NCBI GenBank assembly: GCA_020697515.1
Contig: JAIXNB010000001.1
Span: 1-8,126 of the forward strand
Direction: 5' to 3'
Length of the DNA stretch: 8,126 nt
Source: Nanobdellota archaeon
Lineage (GTDB): Archaea; Nanobdellota; Nanobdellia; Nanobdellales; Nanobdellaceae
The notes under the pieces are model-generated. The model made no database searches. It was not told the DNA's origin and saw only the letters and a list, made by a program, of their open reading frames with translations. The position numbers were made by a program, and so were the translations under genes. Positions 1 through 4,468 of this stretch are shown here, one piece after another (position 1 is the stretch's first letter; each line of letters begins with the position of its first letter).

Positions 1-441
1 CTTAGGTGGTCTAGGGACTCTAGATTCTTCTACAAAAAATGTATCTATTCCAGAATATGGATCGTACACCCCTAATCCATTCGGCCCTACAATTTTCATA
101 TATCCTTTATATTCTAAAATTTGCATTTCCAAATCTTTCCTCCCAGCTTCAGAAAATCCTGCCGAGATTATAATAGCATACTTAACTCTCTTTTCTGAAG
201 CCTCTTTTATAACTGCGGGAACTTTTTCAGCCGGTATGGCTATTACTACTAAATCTATATCCTCTGGTATATTCCTAATTGAAGGAAAGCAAGGAACCCC
301 AAGAATTTCTTTATATTTAGGATTTACTGCAAAGATTTTTCCTTTAAATCTCCGAATAAAATTTTTTAAAATTATGTTGCCAGCTTTTCCATCTTTTGGT
401 GAGGCTCCAATAATTGCCACAGAGTTTATATCTCTGAACAT
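1..441 (-). CDS. NDP-forming acyl-CoA synthetase (ADP-forming acetate--CoA ligase type) alpha subunit. Only the N-terminal CoA-binding part (147 codons) is present and the gene runs off the left window edge.
   Basis: Not in the ORF track because no stop lies in the window. Manual minus-strand translation from ATG (441-439) gives MFRDINSVAIIGASPKDGKAGNIILKNF..AVNPKY..IDLVVIAIPAEKV..KYAIIISAGFSEAGR..KIVGPNGLGVYDP and stays open to position 1. An in-frame TAA lies 9 codons upstream of the ATG. The motifs (S-V-A-I-I-GAS, VNP, SAGF-E-G, GPN-x-G) are the hallmarks of the CoA-binding/CoA-ligase domains of archaeal ACD alpha subunits. Confidence 0.85.
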   Translation of the reverse strand, partial: MFRDINSVAIIGASPKDGKAGNIILKNFIRRFKGKIFAVNPKYKEILGVPCFPSIRNIPEDIDLVVIAIPAEKVPAVIKEASEKRVKYAIIISAGFSEAGRKDLEMQILEYKGYMKIVGPNGLGVYDPYSGIDTFFVEESRVPRPPK

Positions 442-465
442 ATTTTCAGTAGTTATTTCGCAAAT

Positions 466-480
466 TTTAATTATTTACCA
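466..480 (-). promoter_or_regulatory. Putative TATA box for the acyl-CoA synthetase gene
   Basis: The minus strand reads ..gtggTAAATAATTAAAAtttgc.., about 28-36 nt upstream of the ATG at 441. This spacing fits an archaeal TATA box with a very short or absent leader. The call rests on position and composition only. Confidence 0.35.
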
Positions 481-733
481 CTTCAGTATTTTTAAATCAT
501 GAAAAGTATCGCCTAGAGCATTTTTAAGGATCCTTATTTTTACAACGTTTGATTCTTTAGTTGTTTTATCCACATGTCCGATAACCCGTTTTTCCGATCC
601 AAACAGTAGTTTTAGTGTTGATACACACCCTTCTGATTCTCCTTAAGGTCCTTTCCTTCGGCTTCTTATAATAAACCGGTGTTAGCATCCCTATATCTCC
701 TAAGAGTCTATAAAAATTTAAAGGTTAAACCTG

Positions 734-1156
734 CTAGCTCGTTATATCCTCAATAAAATACCCATTGTAGTAAATTCTAACTATCGTGCAGTTTTGATCT
801 ACTTCCACAAAGTTTTTAACTAACCCTTTTCTAAATTTTTTACATTGATTTTCTGGCAGGTTATCCTCCGGACTTCTTGGAACATGTACAACATCACATA
901 CCCAGTCAGAGTAGTGCCAATAAGTAATTAAACTAGGTATTTCTGATAGGCATTCTGAAGATAAACTTCTATTTTGTTGAGATAGGATATCCTTAGCATA
1001 TAAACAAAGTTGTCTACAAGTTTCTGCAACCTGGTAAGCCACTTTCATTTCATTCTGACTAGAATCTCCAACAATGGAGGAATATCCTAAGTATGAAAAT
1101 ATAATAGATAATGTTAAAACTATTGCAAGGATGATAGACCTTCTCTTTTTATCCAT
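734..1156 (-). CDS. Hypothetical membrane-anchored or secreted Cys-rich protein (140 aa); possible pilin-like or exported subunit
   Basis: This is a track ORF. Its N-terminus, MDKKRRS-IILAIVLTLSIIFSYLGY, is a short basic head followed by about 18 hydrophobic residues. The remainder is a roughly 110-aa polar domain with exactly six Cys (ETC, QLC, SEC, WVC, NQC, QNC). Its ATG overlaps the stop of the upstream gene (TAATG at 1154-1158), which implies translational coupling. Confidence 0.7.
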   Translation of the reverse strand: MDKKRRSIILAIVLTLSIIFSYLGYSSIVGDSSQNEMKVAYQVAETCRQLCLYAKDILSQQNRSLSSECLSEIPSLITYWHYSDWVCDVVHVPRSPEDNLPENQCKKFRKGLVKNFVEVDQNCTIVRIYYNGYFIEDITS

Positions 1157-1845
1157 TAAGGTCTTCTTATGCTATCTCTTAAAAGTTTTATCTCCTCTAT
1201 AGTTTCTTTTAGCTCTTTTACAGATTCTGATATAGCAGGGATCATTGTACGTACCAATTTGTGTAGGGCCTGTACTTCTACTGTGGCTTCTTTTATACCT
1301 TTATCATATTCTTCTATCTTTTTGATAAGAGTGTTATACAGGTTGTCAACCTTATCGGACAATTTCTTCACATCTTCTTTAATTTGTTCTATCTCAAATG
1401 ATAATCTCTCCTTTGCTAAGTTCAGATCATTTATTTTCTGATCTAGGATTTGTATTTTTTCTTCTACAACTTTCTCAGCTATAGCTTGGATATATGAGTC
1501 CCAATCAAAATCTTGGGAGGTATAACTTTGAGTATATTGATATTCGTACTGATTTTGTGTCTGTTGTTGATCTTGGAATGTAGAGGACATTTGAAATGGT
1601 TGTGTATGAGTTTGGACATTTTGGAAGTCTATTCCAAAGCTCTGATTAAAGTTTGTAGATTGGTTTCTGGATGGATACATTTGGAAACTATTAGAGAATT
1701 GTGATGGAGATACTCTAGGTTGTTCTGGAGTTAAAGCCGGTTGTGGTTGTTCTAAATTAAAGTTCAGATCTTCCTCAGTTTTTGTTTCTTTTTTCTTTAA
1801 GAAGGAATCAAACAACCCCATGTTATATAATAGATTTTTCTTCAT
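1156..1845 (-). CDS. Hypothetical protein (229 aa, or 221 aa from Met9) with an amphipathic N-terminus, a Gln-rich low-complexity domain and a C-terminal coiled coil
   Basis: This is a track ORF. There are two candidate starts. ATG 1845 overlaps the upstream gene by 23 nt. ATG 1821 (MGLFDSFLKKK...) lies one nt after the upstream TAA (1823-1825). Residues 31-111 contain 20 Gln of 81 by hand count, no Lys, and four FQ motifs. Residues about 117-229 are K/E/I/L-rich with heptad character (EKIQILDQKINDLNLAKERLSFEIEQIKEDVKKLSDKVDNLYNTLIKKIEEY...). Confidence 0.75.
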   Translation of the reverse strand: MKKNLLYNMGLFDSFLKKKETKTEEDLNFNLEQPQPALTPEQPRVSPSQFSNSFQMYPSRNQSTNFNQSFGIDFQNVQTHTQPFQMSSTFQDQQQTQNQYEYQYTQSYTSQDFDWDSYIQAIAEKVVEEKIQILDQKINDLNLAKERLSFEIEQIKEDVKKLSDKVDNLYNTLIKKIEEYDKGIKEATVEVQALHKLVRTMIPAISESVKELKETIEEIKLLRDSIRRP

Positions 1846-2200
1846 TTTTTAACATTTCCTTTACCTTATTTTCAACAATTTTGTTAATCAATTCTATAGC
1901 CTCTTTCTTAGTAAGAAAATCGAATGGATTTATGAGATCTAGATATCTCTCTATAACTTTAACTCTATCATTTGTTGCAAATAGGGGAAGTTGATCTAGT
2001 ATAGCATTTACCTTCAAATTTAATTCTTGTATATCCTTTCTTAATCCTGAGATCTCATTGTTTATTTGATTTATTTTCATTTCAACCTCTTTATCCTTTT
2101 CAACAAAATTAACCTCCAAATTTTCAATTAATTGCCTTAATATATTAAGTCTGTCCTCTATAATTCTCAAGCGCCTCTCGATATCTTGCATTTCTTGCAT
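1823..2200 (-). CDS. Hypothetical coiled-coil protein (125 aa), possibly FlaC/ArlC-like
   Basis: This is a track ORF. It has a long heptad-like segment (IERRLRIIEDRLNILRQLIENLEVNFVEKDKEVEMKINQINNEISGLRKDIQELNLKVNAILDQL) followed by ERYLDLINPFDFL (NPF at nt 1922-1930). It is the first gene of the minus-strand trio and starts 36 bp from the divergent ATPase gene. Confidence 0.75.
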   Translation of the reverse strand: MQEMQDIERRLRIIEDRLNILRQLIENLEVNFVEKDKEVEMKINQINNEISGLRKDIQELNLKVNAILDQLPLFATNDRVKVIERYLDLINPFDFLTKKEAIELINKIVENKVKEMLKNEEKSII

Positions 2201-2236
2201 TTTTTTATATTATTTGGAAGATCATATATATTTTAT
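2201..2236. promoter_or_regulatory. Compact bidirectional promoter spacer with back-to-back TATA-like boxes
   Basis: The whole spacer is ttttttatattatttggaagatcatatatattttat. TTTTTTATAT (2201-2210) lies about 30 nt upstream of the + strand ATG at 2237. On the minus strand, AAAATATATA (about 2225-2234) lies about 29 nt upstream of the minus-strand ATG at 2200. Both geometries predict near-leaderless mRNAs. Confidence 0.45.
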
Positions 2237-4468
2237 ATGGTCATTAGGACTTCTGTAGAGTATATTGGTAGTGGGAAGGTTCTTATAATAGATGCTAAAG
2301 AATACCCTAAACTTGCCACCATAGAAGATGATCCTAATATAATGAGCTTGTGTATCCAAAAGATATCTGAAGATCCTACTATAATTGAGATAAATATTGA
2401 ACAAGAAGAGTTGATATCATATTATGAGGATACAATCATGATATTAAAACAATTTGCAGATGTATATCTAAAGATTAAGCAAATTTTGAGAGAGTACTAT
2501 AGTTATTTGTTATCAGCTAATCCATTATTTCATGAATACAAAAATATATTAGATGTGTTGGATAGAGAGTATTTATACGATCCTATAGGAGCATATGTTA
2601 AAGTGAAAAGGTGGTATAGGAGGTTAAACTTATTAATATCACAAAATCCAAATTTAGAAAGAAGTGCAATACCTTTAATACAACTTATTTCAACATTTGT
2701 TAACACATTTGAAAGCTTATCTTTATATGAGTATATAAAAGATTTTATTCCTGGTTATAAAATAGGAGATCGTTCAATATATAAAAGATTATTTGTTGCA
2801 GACATCAAACCGAAGTTTATTTCTATAAAATATCTTTCTAAAATACCAGAAGATGCTGAAATTATAGAAACGTATTCTATAGATAATGAAACAGAAGTTA
2901 CAATATTCAGAAAGCCTAATGAGATTATTCGTTATTATTATATTTTCCCAGAGGAGTATAAATTATATGAAGAAGAGTTGATGTTGATAAATAAAGCTAG
3001 AGAAGTTCTTATACAATACCAACCAAAGAGGGAAGACTACCTCGATCCTGAAAGATTAAAAGAGATCTATGAGAAAATTATAGATAATATCTTAATTAGC
3101 CTCTCAAAGACATATAATGTGGTTCTAACCCAAAATAAAATCAAGAAGTTGAGAAGTGTCCTAATCAGATACACTATTGGGTTTGGAATCCTAGAGAAAG
3201 TTGCAAAAGATGAGAACGTACAGGATATTTTTGTAAACCCTCCTCCTGGAACTAATCCAATAAGCCTTATACATGCAAATTATGATTTATGTATTACAAA
3301 TATTATACCTACAAAAAGAGAACTAGAGTCATGGGCTACAAAGTTGAGGTTAATTTCTGGTAGACCATTTGATGAATCAAATCCTGTTTTAGATACTGAA
3401 GTATTCATAAACGATATAAGGTTAAGAGTAGCTGCAATAATGGAACCATTAAGTCCAAAAGGTCTGTCCTATGTGTTTAGAAGGCATAGAACAAAACCAT
3501 GGACCATGCCATTGTTTATAAAGGAAAAAATGATCAGTTCTATAGCAGCAGGCTTATTATCATTTTTAGTAGAAAATGGGAGATCTATATTAATTGCGGG
3601 TACGAGAGGCGCGGGTAAAACATCTTTACTAACATCTCTTATGCTAGAACTACCAAGAAATACCCGTATAATTACAATTGAAGACACCTTGGAGATTCCT
3701 GTAAATTACATTAGAAAATTGGGTTACAACATCGTCTCTATGAAAGTACGAAGTCCGTTTTCTCTTCAAACTTCAGAACTTAGTGCAGAAGATGGTGTTA
3801 GAGTATCCTTAAGATTAGGAGACTCTGCTATAATCTTGGGTGAAGTTAGATCAAAGGAAGCGAAAACTTTGTACGAAGCCATGAGAGTCGGAGCTTTAGC
3901 TAACGCGGTTATGGGGACAATTCATGCAGAGAGTCCATATGGCGTTTTTGACAGAGTCGTGAATGATTTAGGTGTGCCAAAAACTTCCTTTAAGGCAACT
4001 GATATCATAGTTATTGCAAATCCAATAAAAGATCCATCCGGGTTGAGAAAGTACAGGAGAGTCATAAGGATAACAGAAGTTAGAAAGCATTGGGAATCTG
4101 ACCCCCTAAAGGAAGGGGGTTTTATGGATCTAATGGTTTACGATACAGATAAAGATATTCTTAGGCCAACACCTAGTTTATTGAATGGAGATTCTGATAT
4201 TCTTAAATCCATTGCCTCAAGAATAAAGCTACTAGCAGGATCTTGGGAACGTCTTTGGGATAATATAGAAATAAGGGCTAAAACAAAGGAATTGTTAGTT
4301 GAATATTCTATTAAGTATAATAAACCATACCTACTAGAGGCAGATTTCGTTGTAAAATCTAATGAAATCCTACATAAAATAATAGAGAGATGTTTGCTAG
4401 AGTATGGAGATATATCCAAGGAATATATAGTTAATGACTTTAAAAGATGGTTGGGGCAGCAGATCTAA
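2237..4468 (+). CDS. Type II/IV secretion-family ATPase, FlaI/ArlI-PilB (VirB11/GspE superfamily) type, 743 aa with N- and C-terminal extensions
   Basis: The track ORF opens at TTG 2186; I prefer the first ATG at 2237 (MVIRTSVEY...). Walker A is GTRGAGKTS (nt 3599-3625). The Asp box is RIITIEDTLEI. Walker B is DSAIILGEVR (nt about 3831-3860). The His box is GTIHAES. Upstream motifs typical of FlaI-like N-domains are also present: YYIFPEEYKLYEEELMLINKARE, RYTIGFGILEKVAKDENVQDIFVN and SYVFRRH. Confidence 0.93.
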   Translation: MVIRTSVEYIGSGKVLIIDAKEYPKLATIEDDPNIMSLCIQKISEDPTIIEINIEQEELISYYEDTIMILKQFADVYLKIKQILREYYSYLLSANPLFHEYKNILDVLDREYLYDPIGAYVKVKRWYRRLNLLISQNPNLERSAIPLIQLISTFVNTFESLSLYEYIKDFIPGYKIGDRSIYKRLFVADIKPKFISIKYLSKIPEDAEIIETYSIDNETEVTIFRKPNEIIRYYYIFPEEYKLYEEELMLINKAREVLIQYQPKREDYLDPERLKEIYEKIIDNILISLSKTYNVVLTQNKIKKLRSVLIRYTIGFGILEKVAKDENVQDIFVNPPPGTNPISLIHANYDLCITNIIPTKRELESWATKLRLISGRPFDESNPVLDTEVFINDIRLRVAAIMEPLSPKGLSYVFRRHRTKPWTMPLFIKEKMISSIAAGLLSFLVENGRSILIAGTRGAGKTSLLTSLMLELPRNTRIITIEDTLEIPVNYIRKLGYNIVSMKVRSPFSLQTSELSAEDGVRVSLRLGDSAIILGEVRSKEAKTLYEAMRVGALANAVMGTIHAESPYGVFDRVVNDLGVPKTSFKATDIIVIANPIKDPSGLRKYRRVIRITEVRKHWESDPLKEGGFMDLMVYDTDKDILRPTPSLLNGDSDILKSIASRIKLLAGSWERLWDNIEIRAKTKELLVEYSIKYNKPYLLEADFVVKSNEILHKIIERCLLEYGDISKEYIVNDFKRWLGQQI

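Noticed and set aside
236-502. 88-aa + strand track ORF
   Set aside because: It lies almost entirely antisense to the well-supported acyl-CoA synthetase alpha-subunit CDS (1-441, minus). Its hydrophobic, low-complexity translation has no recognisable motifs.
1169-1994. Three + strand track ORFs (1169-1441, 1513-1704, 1782-1994)
   Set aside because: All three are antisense shadows of the minus-strand coiled-coil and Gln-rich genes. The Ser/Phe/Ile/Leu-rich translations are typical of reading K/E-rich coiled-coil codons backwards, and none has an independent promoter or motif.
2186-2236. TTG-initiated 17-codon N-terminal extension of the ATPase ORF (MHFLHFFILFGRSYIFY)
   Set aside because: It would overlap the divergent gene's start and consume the whole promoter spacer. 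Its sequence is just translated poly-T/TATA DNA. The first ATG at 2237 is the more plausible start.
3370-3400. C-box-like TGATGA (3370-3375) followed by CTGA about 20 nt downstream; similar TGATGA strings occur on the minus strand near 6542-6547 and within 7700-7712
   Set aside because: All lie inside confident CDSs. They lack a paired C'/D' arrangement and terminal stem. Such hexamers are expected by chance in 8 kb of AT-rich sequence.
2222-4419. Minus-strand track ORFs inside the ATPase gene (2222-2404, 3469-3687, 4138-4419)
   Set aside because: They are antisense to a CDS with unambiguous Walker A/B, Asp-box and His-box motifs. They are short and carry no motifs of their own.
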